From: an uncultured Alphaproteobacteria bacterium
GTDB taxonomy: Bacteria; Pseudomonadota; Alphaproteobacteria; Methylaequorales; Methylaequoraceae
Direction of reading: 5' to 3'
Assembly (NCBI GenBank): GCA_902524895.1
Contig: CABZFH010000001.1
Span: forward strand, 254,172 to 318,171
DNA: 64,000 nucleotides
The notes beneath the pieces were generated by a model. That model did no database searches. It was not told where the DNA came from and worked only from the letters and a program-made list of their open reading frames with translations. The position numbers and the translations under genes were made by a program. This document shows positions 32,379-42,232 of this stretch, piece after piece. Each line of letters opens with the position of its first letter. The first letter of the stretch is position 1.

Positions 32379-32717
32379 TTTAATGTTTATTCTTTTTAAA
32401 AATAGTTTATATAATCCAAATAAATGAAAATTTAATCTCTAATTAATTATATCTACAATGGGTAAGAGATGTATTTTCCTCCCTAGGAATAATCTCTTAC
32501 CTAACAAAAATATCAAACATTATAATAAGTCATAGTATAGATTGTTAATTTAAAAAAACTTTTGCAAAAGAGCATTTTAAGGATTTAATTAAATATTTAC
32601 TTTTTCTTTATTTTATTTTTTTTTAAAAAACTTTGATGTAATTAAATTTTAAAAATCTCATATACCCTTTTTAAAATCCATTAATTAAGTTAATCTATTA
32701 GTTAAATTAAAAGTGTT

Positions 32718-33032
32718 ATGCCAAAAAATTGTAAATTTAAATTTTTCAAAATAAAATATCTAATTTTTATATTTATTTTTTTCTTTAATACTCTTTATGC
32801 AAATGAAAATGACCTTAATTTTGACTTTTGCAATGATGATAAACTTACTAATAAACAAGAGTTTTTATGTAATCAAGACAGGATGCACAAATCTGTTATT
32901 GAAAACCCAATGGCTTTCATTCTTTTTTATTTATTCTCAATTTTGATTGTTGCATTTTTTTTTCAGTTAACTGTTAAAGATATGAAAAAGAAAATTAAGT
33001 CAAAGAGAAAAGAAGATGATACTAGAAAATAG
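32718..33032 (+). CDS. Hypothetical type-I membrane protein (signal peptide plus C-terminal TM anchor and basic tail)
   Basis: 104 aa. Very low GC. No recognisable family. Confidence 0.35.
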   Translation: MPKNCKFKFFKIKYLIFIFIFFFNTLYANENDLNFDFCNDDKLTNKQEFLCNQDRMHKSVIENPMAFILFYLFSILIVAFFFQLTVKDMKKKIKSKRKEDDTRK

Positions 33033-33447
33033 TATTTCTATTAATATTTTTTATTGTTTAGTTATTCAGTTAATTACATTAGTATTGTCCATTGAAATTT
33101 CAAAGTTGTTCGAGATTAAAATAATGGAATTTAAAATAGTAAATTTCTATGATCCATCTAAATTTAAAAAAATTTTGTCATATCTAATTTTTGTTGTTGC
33201 TTATTTAGTTGCATCTCCAATATTTTTGTCGTTAAAAGGTGTTTTTGGTTTAGAGATACTAAATTTAGTTTTTTTCCTAATTATTATTTTTGAATTATTT
33301 ATCAAAATTGGAAATTCAAAGCGATTTATTGGTTGGCTGGGAGATGGATTAGACAAAACATTAAGATCATTTATGATGTTCATAATTTCATTGAATGTTA
33401 TTTATTTCTTAACGAGAATAACCCATTCAATATTACTTATAAAATAA
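33016..33447 (+). CDS. Hypothetical polytopic membrane protein
   Basis: 143 aa, about 4 TM helices. Overlaps the upstream ORF by 17 nt. Confidence 0.35.
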   Translation: MILENSISINIFYCLVIQLITLVLSIEISKLFEIKIMEFKIVNFYDPSKFKKILSYLIFVVAYLVASPIFLSLKGVFGLEILNLVFFLIIIFELFIKIGNSKRFIGWLGDGLDKTLRSFMMFIISLNVIYFLTRITHSILLIK

Positions 33448-33472
33448 AGAGTCAAAAATAAATAGTTAAAAA

Positions 33473-33736
33473 ATGGGGGTGATAAAATATAAAAAAAAAA
33501 TTTCTAAAACAGTTTATTTGATTATCTTTGCGATTTTAATGTCATCTGTTACCAGTTCATGTGTTTCCGGTTTAACTTTATTTTTTGCCGGGGTAACAAG
33601 TAAAGATTTTTTTGAACTTTGGGTTTCTTCTTTTTTAAGATCATGGCCAATTGTTTTTTTTTTAATTTTAATTTTTGTCCCTTTAATAAATAAATTTTTA
33701 TCTATATTCCTTATTAAAAATGAAGATAAAAAATAA
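33473..33736 (+). CDS. DUF2798-like small membrane protein
   Basis: 87 aa, 2 TM. ...SFLRSWPIVFFLILIFVPLINKF pattern reminiscent of DUF2798. Confidence 0.4.
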   Translation: MGVIKYKKKISKTVYLIIFAILMSSVTSSCVSGLTLFFAGVTSKDFFELWVSSFLRSWPIVFFLILIFVPLINKFLSIFLIKNEDKK

Positions 33737-34919
33737 GAAATTAAAATTTTGGTATCTATTTGATTTTGGGCTTTCTGCATACCCTACACTTATCTTAACT
33801 TTTTTTTACGCTACATATTATGTTAATAATATTGCTCTTAATGGAACCAAAGGAGCATCTGAATGGGGCTTTACAATTTCTTTAAGTAGCTTTGTCACAG
33901 CTATTATTTTGATGATATTTTTGAGTAGAAGAAAATTTAACCTAAAAAAGAGGTTGTCAATTAATTATTTTAATTTTTTTTTTGTTGCAATATGTCTTAG
34001 TATAAGTTCTTTGTATTTTTTCGATGATAGGGAATATCAAATACTCCCATTAATTGTTATTCTAATTTCCTTCATCTCATTTGAGATTCTAAATTTATTT
34101 TATAATGCAACACTTCATAAGGTTGCTAAAAAAAAATATCAGGGATACGCTTCTAATATTGGTTGGGCCTTTGGTTATTTTGGAGGTTTGTGTGCGTTGG
34201 GGATAGTATTTTTATTACTACTTAATAATAAGTTAAATTTTTTACCATTAACGTTTTCAATCAATTTTGTTGGTCCTTTTATAGCTATTTGGGTGTTATT
34301 ATTCTGTTTCCCTCTTTTAAATATTATGAAAAATGTGCGTTTAAATATAAATGTAGAGTTTAAAATTTTCAGTTTTTTTATGCACAAAAAAATTAAAAAT
34401 TTTATTTTCTCATATTTTTTCTTCAATAACGCAATTATCTCAGTTTTTGCTTTTGCCAGCCTATATGCCAGCTCAATTCTTAATTTTAAACAGGAGGAAA
34501 TACTTATATTAGGAGTTTCGATTAATCTCTTCGGGGTGCTCGGGTGCTATCTATTTGCACTTTTTGAAAAGAAAATTGAATCTAAGGAAAATATTTGCAG
34601 GTGTTTAGTTGCGTTAACTTTATTAACTTTGGTATTATTAATAATTGAAGAGGTGCATTTTTTCTGGATTACTGCACTCCTAATTGGTTTTTTCATTGGC
34701 CCAATTCAGGCATCAAGTAGATCATATCTTTCAACCAATATTTCGTCTGTTAATCAGTTTAATAATTTCTCAATTTACTGTATTATTGGAAATATCTGTT
34801 CAATACTTGGCCCATTTTCTATTAGCACCCTCATATATTTAACTGATTCTTTGAGACTAGGTTTTTCACTAATTCCCTTTTATTTTTTTATTGGTTTAGT
34901 TTTTTTAAAAAAGATTTAG
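33720..34919 (+). CDS. MFS transporter, Atg22/UMF1-like family
   Basis: 399 aa, about 12 TM helices. N-terminal WYLFDFGLSAY resembles the Atg22-family signature. Confidence 0.55.
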   Translation: MKIKNKKLKFWYLFDFGLSAYPTLILTFFYATYYVNNIALNGTKGASEWGFTISLSSFVTAIILMIFLSRRKFNLKKRLSINYFNFFFVAICLSISSLYFFDDREYQILPLIVILISFISFEILNLFYNATLHKVAKKKYQGYASNIGWAFGYFGGLCALGIVFLLLLNNKLNFLPLTFSINFVGPFIAIWVLLFCFPLLNIMKNVRLNINVEFKIFSFFMHKKIKNFIFSYFFFNNAIISVFAFASLYASSILNFKQEEILILGVSINLFGVLGCYLFALFEKKIESKENICRCLVALTLLTLVLLIIEEVHFFWITALLIGFFIGPIQASSRSYLSTNISSVNQFNNFSIYCIIGNICSILGPFSISTLIYLTDSLRLGFSLIPFYFFIGLVFLKKI

Positions 34920-36451
34920 TGCTTAAAGTTTCTAATACCTGTAAAAACCATTTTTATTTGTTCTTTGTCGGCTCTTTGAATTATTTCTTTGTCTCTTATT
35001 GATCCACCCGGTTGAACAATTAATCTGAGTGATACTTTTTTACACAAATCAATTATATCTGGAAATGGAAAAAATCCATCAGATACTAGAACTACATTTT
35101 TTACATTTTTAATTTTTTTGAGGCCTTTTTTTATTGCATGTTTAGCTGCTTGAATTCTATTAGTTTGTCCAACTCCTATGCCTATAACTTTTTTTCCCTC
35201 AACTAAAACCACCGCATTTGAATTTACGAATTTACACACTATAGAACCAAAAAGCATATCTTCTATTTCATTTGAGTTGGGTTTTTCCTTTGTAACAAAT
35301 ACTAGATTTTTTTTTAAAACCTTTTTAGAATTCCTTTCTTGTACCATTAGAAAATTTTGAGAAGTTTTAAGCTCATAATTTTTTATTTTTTCTCTATTTT
35401 TTTTATATTCAATAAGAATAAGATTTTTCTTTCTAATTAGGATTTCTCTCACAGATTTACTAATTTTTGGAGCAATCACCACTTCTGTAAAGTTTTTTAA
35501 AATTTTTTTTGCTGTTTTTATGTTTAGGTTTTCGTTGAAAGCCACAATACCACCAAAAGCACTCACAGGATCAGTGGCAAACGCCAGCTTATAGCTTTTG
35601 CTTTGTGAATCGCTGACTGCAACCCCACATGGATTTCCGTGTTTGACTATTACACAAGACGAATTGTTGAGTTCGAAAGCCAGAGAAGTAGCAACATCAA
35701 TGTCATTAATGTTATTAAATGACATTTCTTTTCCTGACAATTGATTAAGATTATTTTTACCAAATTTGAAAACGCTGGCTTTTTGATGTGGATTCTCTCC
35801 ATATCGGAGGTCTCTTATTTTTTTCATTGGTAACGCAACATCATGACTAAAAAAACTATCATCCTCTTCATTAAACCAATTGGAAATTATACTTTCATAA
35901 TATGCCGTATATTTAAATGCTTCTCTAGCAAAATTTTTTCGGATTTTAGTGTTAATCTCTTTGTTTTCCTGCAAAATTTTTATCAATGAAACTATTTGTG
36001 ATTTTGAAACTATAACCAAAACATTTTCGAAATTTTTGGCTGCTGATCTAATTAAAGTCGGACCTCCAATATCAATATTTTCAATACAACTTTCAATACT
36101 TTCGTTGTTGTCAATAGATTGTTCAAAAGGATAAAGGTTTACTATTACTAAATCAAAGAAACTAATATTATTTTTTTTACAATCAGCTATATGTTTTTTG
36201 TTTGATCTTTTAGCAAGTATACCTCCATGAATCATTGGGTGCAGGGTTTTGACTCTTCCATCAAGAATCTCTGGGAAATTAGTAAATTTTGAGATTTCTG
36301 TGACATCTAAATTACTATTAATCTTATTTAAATATTTCGCAGTCCCGCCAGATGAATAAATTTTTATTTTATGTTTCTCAAAAAAAGGTGAGAGTAATTC
36401 TAAATTGGACTTATCGGATACAGAAATGAGTGCATTTTTTATCTTAAACAT
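34916..36451 (-). CDS. purH: Bifunctional AICAR transformylase / IMP cyclohydrolase PurH
   Basis: 511 aa. MGS-like N-domain ALISVSDK; AICARFT domain. Confidence 0.95.
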   Translation of the reverse strand: MFKIKNALISVSDKSNLELLSPFFEKHKIKIYSSGGTAKYLNKINSNLDVTEISKFTNFPEILDGRVKTLHPMIHGGILAKRSNKKHIADCKKNNISFFDLVIVNLYPFEQSIDNNESIESCIENIDIGGPTLIRSAAKNFENVLVIVSKSQIVSLIKILQENKEINTKIRKNFAREAFKYTAYYESIISNWFNEEDDSFFSHDVALPMKKIRDLRYGENPHQKASVFKFGKNNLNQLSGKEMSFNNINDIDVATSLAFELNNSSCVIVKHGNPCGVAVSDSQSKSYKLAFATDPVSAFGGIVAFNENLNIKTAKKILKNFTEVVIAPKISKSVREILIRKKNLILIEYKKNREKIKNYELKTSQNFLMVQERNSKKVLKKNLVFVTKEKPNSNEIEDMLFGSIVCKFVNSNAVVLVEGKKVIGIGVGQTNRIQAAKHAIKKGLKKIKNVKNVVLVSDGFFPFPDIIDLCKKVSLRLIVQPGGSIRDKEIIQRADKEQIKMVFTGIRNFKH

Positions 36452-36453
36452 AA

Positions 36454-38280
36454 TTATTCAGTTAAATATTCAGGAAGATTTTTCTTTAATAAAATGATAG
36501 AATCTTTGGTTAGATTATTTTTGATAGTTGTTATTAATTTATCAACATCATTTTTAATTAAGGGGAAAAGGAGTGTATTTGTCTCAAGTATTCCATTCTC
36601 TGAGGTTTTTTTGATTTCTTCTTTTTTATAAAATAATTCTTCACGAATTTTTTCACCTTTTCTTAATTTTGTAAATTCTATTTCTATTTTTCCTTTTTTA
36701 TCAGTTGCTATAAGCTTTATCATTTTCTCTGCGAGATCAATAATTTTCACTGGTTCACCCATTTCGAGTATATTAATAGAACCATTTTTCTCAGATTTAA
36801 TAACAGAAGAAATAAGTACCAACTCTACTGCTTCTCTTATTGTCATAAAAAATCTTGATACTTTCGGGTGAGTGATTGTTATTGGTCCACCTTTTTGTAT
36901 TTGTTTTTCAAATAATGGTATCACAGAACCAGTCGAACCTAACACATTGCCGAATCTTATAATTTTAAAATTAGTTTTAGAGTTTTTGCTTATCATTTGA
37001 ATATATTTTTCGCATAATCTTTTACTAGCTCCCATCACATTCGAGGGATTAACCGCTTTATCCGTTGAAATAAATATCATTTTTGATACCTTGTTCCTTT
37101 CACATATATTAGACAATTCCACAGTGGATAAAAAATTGTTCTTTAGTGCCTCAAGTGGATCATTTTCAACAAAAGTAATATGTTTAAGTGCTGCAGCATG
37201 GAATACGATTTGTGGTTTATACTTTTTGATAGTATTCTCCATTTTATTTTTATTTTTAACATCTCCTAAAATTGATATGATATTTTTTGACTCCAGTCCT
37301 TCCAAAACTTTATAGAGATTGTATTCATTTTGTTCATATATGATTAGTTTTTTCGGTTTAAAATTGAGTATTTGTCTGCTTAATTCACTGCCAATACTAC
37401 CTCCAGCCCCAGTTACTAGAATAACTTTATCTTGAATTTCTATCAACTTATTTATATCATGAGTCTTTTGCGATCTTCCAAGAATATCTTCAAAGACTAT
37501 TGGTTTTGTGCTAAATTTGTTTACAGATGCTTCTTTAAAATCAGTAATTTGGGGCAACTTACCAATAGCAAGACCATTAATTTTTGAAAAAATAAATAAA
37601 TTTTCAACTTGTGCAGAATCTAAAGAGTGGTCAGCAATAATAATTCTTTGAGGTTTTAGTCTCTTTTTAAGCAAGATATTTTTCAAATTGTCTAATGAAT
37701 TAATCGTAGAAATGATTGGTATGCTATGAATGCTTCTTCCAATTGACTTGTTCTTTGATCCTAAAATTGCAACAACTCTGAATGGAGAGTTTTTTTCTCT
37801 ATTTGCCGCTCTAATAAATAATTCAGTTGAATCGCCTTCACCAACAACGATCACAGGAACTTTATCAAAATCTTTTGAAACGCTAATTTTATCTTTAAGA
37901 ATTCTGTATATAAATCTTGGCGATGCTACTGCGAAAAAAGAAACAAAAAATAATAGCAAAGGAAAAGATCTGGGAATATTCTCAAGCCTAATTGAAAGAA
38001 ATAGAGCAGCTAATATAAGTAGTGTAGATGCAAATAAACTTTTAGTGATTGAAAAAATTTCTTGAATTGAAGCATAACGCCATATTCCACGATATAACCC
38101 AAACCTACTTAAAAGAAAAAAATTTAGAGTTGCAAAGAGAATCATGTAAGGCCACAAAAAATCGATCAAATTGTAACTTTGATTTTCTAGTCTAAGCCAT
38201 AACGCAAGAAAAAATGAAATACAAAGTATTATAAAATCATGAAAAATGGTTAATAAGATTTTAGTATTTTTGAAAATCAT
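36454..38280 (-). CDS. Polysaccharide biosynthesis protein, membrane-anchored NDP-sugar 4,6-dehydratase/epimerase (CapD/PglF/WbpM family)
   Basis: 608 aa. N-terminal TM helices; Rossmann VTGAGGSIGSEL; SDR YxxxK region. Confidence 0.85.
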   Translation of the reverse strand: MIFKNTKILLTIFHDFIILCISFFLALWLRLENQSYNLIDFLWPYMILFATLNFFLLSRFGLYRGIWRYASIQEIFSITKSLFASTLLILAALFLSIRLENIPRSFPLLLFFVSFFAVASPRFIYRILKDKISVSKDFDKVPVIVVGEGDSTELFIRAANREKNSPFRVVAILGSKNKSIGRSIHSIPIISTINSLDNLKNILLKKRLKPQRIIIADHSLDSAQVENLFIFSKINGLAIGKLPQITDFKEASVNKFSTKPIVFEDILGRSQKTHDINKLIEIQDKVILVTGAGGSIGSELSRQILNFKPKKLIIYEQNEYNLYKVLEGLESKNIISILGDVKNKNKMENTIKKYKPQIVFHAAALKHITFVENDPLEALKNNFLSTVELSNICERNKVSKMIFISTDKAVNPSNVMGASKRLCEKYIQMISKNSKTNFKIIRFGNVLGSTGSVIPLFEKQIQKGGPITITHPKVSRFFMTIREAVELVLISSVIKSEKNGSINILEMGEPVKIIDLAEKMIKLIATDKKGKIEIEFTKLRKGEKIREELFYKKEEIKKTSENGILETNTLLFPLIKNDVDKLITTIKNNLTKDSIILLKKNLPEYLTE

Positions 38281-38282
38281 AA

Positions 38283-39314
38283 TTAGCTTTTTTTTTTACT
38301 TAGCCAAAAAAGTAGACTTAACACAAGTAAAATAGAACAAATTAAAATTGGAAGTTTATATTTTCCATATAATAAAGCAAATATAATTAAAATGGAGTTT
38401 GTAATTGTGATTTTTAATAATACCTCTTTATGACTCCATCCGTTTCTTACTTTTTTTTGGTAGAAATGCTCACTATGAGCTGTAAATATATTTTTTTTTT
38501 TAACAGCCCTATTAGTTAGTGTTATTGAAGAGTCGAGCACGTAGTAAAGAAGAAGTAACATTGTAGGAACAAAGTTGTTTAAATTTATTAAACTTAGAAT
38601 ACAAATGCCCCCGATTAAAAAACCAATTGGTATGGAACCACAATCACCTAAAAATATTTTTGCGGGTGGTTGATTCCAGTAAAAAAACCCTAAGATTGAA
38701 GAAAAAAATATTAAACCTATGTATTTGAATTCTAATAATAATTCTGAATTAAAACTTAAAAGAGTTATACCCAAACTAAAAGTAATTGTTTGAGAAGCTG
38801 TAATCCCATCAATTCCGTCCATAAAGTTAAATAAATTTGTTATCCATAACCACATAAAAATTAAAACTATTTTAATTACAATTTTAAATGACTCCTTGTT
38901 ATAAAACCAATCTAATTCAGAAAAAAAATTTTCTATAAAGTTACTGATATTTGAGTCAAAAAGTTGTATAGCCAATATAATTGAAACTATTTGGATCAAA
39001 AGTCTCAGGGAACTAGGTAAGTTGTAAATGTCATCTAAAAAAGACGTCAAAAACAACACCAAAGTAATGTAACATATATATTCCCATGGTTCTGATGGAA
39101 TTAGATCTAAGTAAATGAAAAAAAATATTGAAACAATTATGATTGGTATTATGATAAATCCAGCACATTTAGGTTTAGGTTTGCTGTGATTGCTTCTTTT
39201 TTGAGGAATGTCTAAAATACCTTTTTTGTTTAGAAAATTAATTAAAATGTTTAAACTAAAAATCGATAAAAATAGAATAAATATTGGATAAAGAAATAAA
39301 AAATATAGATTCAT
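38283..39314 (-). CDS. Glycosyltransferase family 4, polyprenyl-phosphate HexNAc-1-phosphate transferase (WecA/WbpL/MraY family)
   Basis: 343 aa, polytopic. NLFNFMDGIDGI motif. Confidence 0.8.
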   Translation of the reverse strand: MNLYFLFLYPIFILFLSIFSLNILINFLNKKGILDIPQKRSNHSKPKPKCAGFIIIPIIIVSIFFFIYLDLIPSEPWEYICYITLVLFLTSFLDDIYNLPSSLRLLIQIVSIILAIQLFDSNISNFIENFFSELDWFYNKESFKIVIKIVLIFMWLWITNLFNFMDGIDGITASQTITFSLGITLLSFNSELLLEFKYIGLIFFSSILGFFYWNQPPAKIFLGDCGSIPIGFLIGGICILSLINLNNFVPTMLLLLYYVLDSSITLTNRAVKKKNIFTAHSEHFYQKKVRNGWSHKEVLLKITITNSILIIFALLYGKYKLPILICSILLVLSLLFWLSKKKS

Positions 39315-39351
39315 GTTCAGAATTAAATTTTATTAAAATGAAAAATATTAC

Positions 39352-40611
39352 ATGAAAATAAAAGAAATTGCCATTGTTGGTTTAGGATATGTTGGCTTAC
39401 CATTAGCGATATCACTTTCAAAAAGATATAAAGTGTTTGGATTTGATATAAATAAAAAAAGAATTAAAGAATTGAAAAGAAATTTTGACGAAACAAATGA
39501 GATTAATAAAGAGCAATTGAAAAAATCTTTTAAAAAAGGGTTCAGTGTATCACACGAAAAAGATAGATTGAAGCAATCCAATATATATATAATTACAGTC
39601 CCAACACCAGTTAACAAAGAGAACAAGCCTGAATTAAAACCATTACTTGATGCTTGTAAAACTGTGGGTAAAAATATAAAAAAAGATGATATTGTTGTAT
39701 TTGAAAGTACTGTTTACCCAGGGTTGACCCAAGAAATTTGTGGAAACGAATTGCAAAAGCATTCTGGTCTGAATCTGGAAAAAGATTTCTTTTTAGGATA
39801 TTCGCCAGAAAGAATAAATCCAGGTGATAAGATTCATACTGTAGACAAGATTGCAAAGGTAATCTCTTCTGAAAATGAAAATGTAAAAAAAATTCTTAGG
39901 GAAATTTATTCTAATGTTACTAATGGTAAAGTTTTCATAGCTAAAAATATAATGGTGGCAGAAGCTTCAAAGGTTATTGAAAACGCTCAAAGAGATATAA
40001 ATATTGCATTTATAAATGAGGTTGCGAAAATATGCCAAAAATTAAATATAAGTGTTTATGATGTGTTAGATGCTTCAAAAACAAAATGGAATTTTTTACC
40101 TTTTTATCCTGGTTTAGTTGGGGGACACTGTATCGGTGTAGATCCGTTCTATCTCGCTGACATTGCGAAAAAGCATAAAGTGAAACCTTCAGTTGTCTTA
40201 TCAGGCAGAAAAACTAATGATGAAATGAGTAAATTTATTTATAGTCAGATCAACAAGAAAATAGAGAAAAGTTCTAAAATTTTAATTTTAGGGCTAACAT
40301 TTAAAGAGAATGTACCAGATCTGAGAAACTCAAAAGTTTTTGATTTGATTAAATATTTTAAGAAAAGTCATGAAGTTTATGCATGTGATCCTTTGGTAGG
40401 GAATATTTCAGAAAAGAAAATAAAACTTATATGTTATGAAAACTTAAAAAAACATAAATTTGACGTAATAATTCTAGCAGTAGCTCATAAATTATTTATA
40501 GAGTTTGAAGTTAATAAATTAATAACATTTTTAAAAAAAGATGGCATGATAGCTGACTTGACAGGAATTTGGAGAGACAAAAAAGAAATAAAAAATTACT
40601 GGTCTTTGTAA
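39352..40611 (+). CDS. Nucleotide-sugar dehydrogenase (UDP-Glc/GDP-Man dehydrogenase family; WbpA/TviB-like)
   Basis: 419 aa. NAD motif VGLGYVGLPLA; GGHCIGVDP catalytic Cys region. Confidence 0.85.
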   Translation: MKIKEIAIVGLGYVGLPLAISLSKRYKVFGFDINKKRIKELKRNFDETNEINKEQLKKSFKKGFSVSHEKDRLKQSNIYIITVPTPVNKENKPELKPLLDACKTVGKNIKKDDIVVFESTVYPGLTQEICGNELQKHSGLNLEKDFFLGYSPERINPGDKIHTVDKIAKVISSENENVKKILREIYSNVTNGKVFIAKNIMVAEASKVIENAQRDINIAFINEVAKICQKLNISVYDVLDASKTKWNFLPFYPGLVGGHCIGVDPFYLADIAKKHKVKPSVVLSGRKTNDEMSKFIYSQINKKIEKSSKILILGLTFKENVPDLRNSKVFDLIKYFKKSHEVYACDPLVGNISEKKIKLICYENLKKHKFDVIILAVAHKLFIEFEVNKLITFLKKDGMIADLTGIWRDKKEIKNYWSL

Positions 40612-40614
40612 AAA

Positions 40615-42165
40615 TCAAATCTGTTTGAACAACCATTTTATTTTTTTTTCAGGTAAGAAAGAGTCCTCAATGAGAATATGATTGCTCTTTAAGATTTTTT
40701 GTTTATCACTAAGATAAATACTTTCATTTACAAATACCTTTGGTTCAGAGCAAATGAATTCCCAGCCACTTCCGTCAGGTAGTTTTATCAGAGCTTTTTT
40801 TTGACTTCTAGTAACATTTATTTCTAACTTTGGATGAAGATGAAACCTGATATAGTATTTCTTCGGAATATGACCATAATCACTTTTTGCTCTTGCAAAA
40901 CAATCTTGCCCCCTTACTATTTTTCTTGAAGCATCAATATGAATTTTTCTTGAATGTATAACTCCAAAATAGTTTTTATATCCAGAATGTGCAGAATCTA
41001 TCCAAAATGAATTGTCTTTTTGATATAATTTTGACCATACATTAGCTACCCTGATGTTGCCATTAGTATTATTTAAAATATTTGAGGAGTTGATATTATC
41101 AATACATGCAGTACTGTGCGCTGCAGAAGATTTAAGAGCATTTTTAAGAACTTTATTCTTAATTTTCGGCGATCCACAGTTTACCACTAAAAGTTGCTTT
41201 CCTATTGAAAGTTCAAAAGAAAGAGCACCCGCATAGATATCTTCAATTACTGGAGAACTACAATCCATTATAAAATTTAATTTATTACTGGATATTCTGT
41301 GGAACCCAGAATAGGTTTCTTGAGTTTTTCTATTAGCTTTAAAATTTGCCCTGACCAAAACTTGGTCAATAATTTTTTTATCAATGTAATTAGAATTATT
41401 AAATTTAGCTAGGGTGCCATTTGGATGTCTAAATAATTTTATTACATGTGACATAATTTTTATAGTGTAGTTTATTTCTTGCGGAACTGTAAATTTAATT
41501 GTTGCAAGATAATTTTTTATGTCTAGGAGATTAATTAGAAATTCCAAATGTTTGCTAGGAGACATTAAATAGTGGCAGCCACTATCGAGCACTTGATTAT
41601 TAATCTCTCTAATTAGTAATTTTATAGAGTTTTTTCTATATTTTTTAAAAGTTTCTAGGCTCGATGATAATGCTATTAAACCTTTAACACCTTCAATTCT
41701 TTGATGACCGAAGATATCTTGTAAATTATTTGTTACCAAGAAATGACCTTGTTTACATACACTTCTTATTAAAAGCTCCTGAAATTGCGAATCAGCACTT
41801 GAAAAAAAAAAGGTAAGATTACATAATAAAGAACTGATCCTTTTACCTAAAATATCACTTCTCCACTCTAATGGACTCCAAGTATTGTGATTTTTGATCC
41901 ATTTTTTTATTATTTCCCTTGCATAAAGAGCAGATTTCGAAGTATTTGTAGACCTCAAATCTCTTAGCCAATCAAAGCAATGAAATTTTTCTTTCCATAT
42001 GTTAGAAGCATTATTATTTTGCCAAAAAGAATTTTTATAATTCATTGTTTCACCAAAAAAACTGAAATAACCCATCAAAATTTTATTTCCATTTTCAGTC
42101 TCACCTTGCCAACAATCATTTAACTGATTAACTATTCTTGTTGACTCATTTTTAGAAAAAAACAA
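40615..42165 (-). CDS. Heparinase II/III-like family protein
   Basis: 516 aa. Family assignment by overall similarity. Conserved alphaproteobacterial neighbour of rsmB and purH. Confidence 0.6.
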   Translation of the reverse strand: MFFSKNESTRIVNQLNDCWQGETENGNKILMGYFSFFGETMNYKNSFWQNNNASNIWKEKFHCFDWLRDLRSTNTSKSALYAREIIKKWIKNHNTWSPLEWRSDILGKRISSLLCNLTFFFSSADSQFQELLIRSVCKQGHFLVTNNLQDIFGHQRIEGVKGLIALSSSLETFKKYRKNSIKLLIREINNQVLDSGCHYLMSPSKHLEFLINLLDIKNYLATIKFTVPQEINYTIKIMSHVIKLFRHPNGTLAKFNNSNYIDKKIIDQVLVRANFKANRKTQETYSGFHRISSNKLNFIMDCSSPVIEDIYAGALSFELSIGKQLLVVNCGSPKIKNKVLKNALKSSAAHSTACIDNINSSNILNNTNGNIRVANVWSKLYQKDNSFWIDSAHSGYKNYFGVIHSRKIHIDASRKIVRGQDCFARAKSDYGHIPKKYYIRFHLHPKLEINVTRSQKKALIKLPDGSGWEFICSEPKVFVNESIYLSDKQKILKSNHILIEDSFLPEKKIKWLFKQI

Positions 42166-42232
42166 ATCAAAAATGATTGTTCGATAATAAAAGTTTCTCA
42201 GAGAATTTATTAGTATATTTTTTTTAATTTTT

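Noticed and set aside
32304-34919. Direct repeat of the tRNA-Gly 3' end marking an island boundary (att site)
   Set aside because: I could not find a copy of the GTTCGAATCTCGTTTCCCGCTCCA 3' segment, or a substantial part of it, downstream by reading. A computational search is needed before calling island boundaries.
40615-42165. Heparinase II/III-like gene as evidence of horizontally acquired polysaccharide-degradation capacity
   Set aside because: This family member is a conserved core neighbour of rsmB/purH in many alphaproteobacteria. Its presence is ancestral rather than a novelty. Only the insertion of glycan genes beside it is noteworthy.
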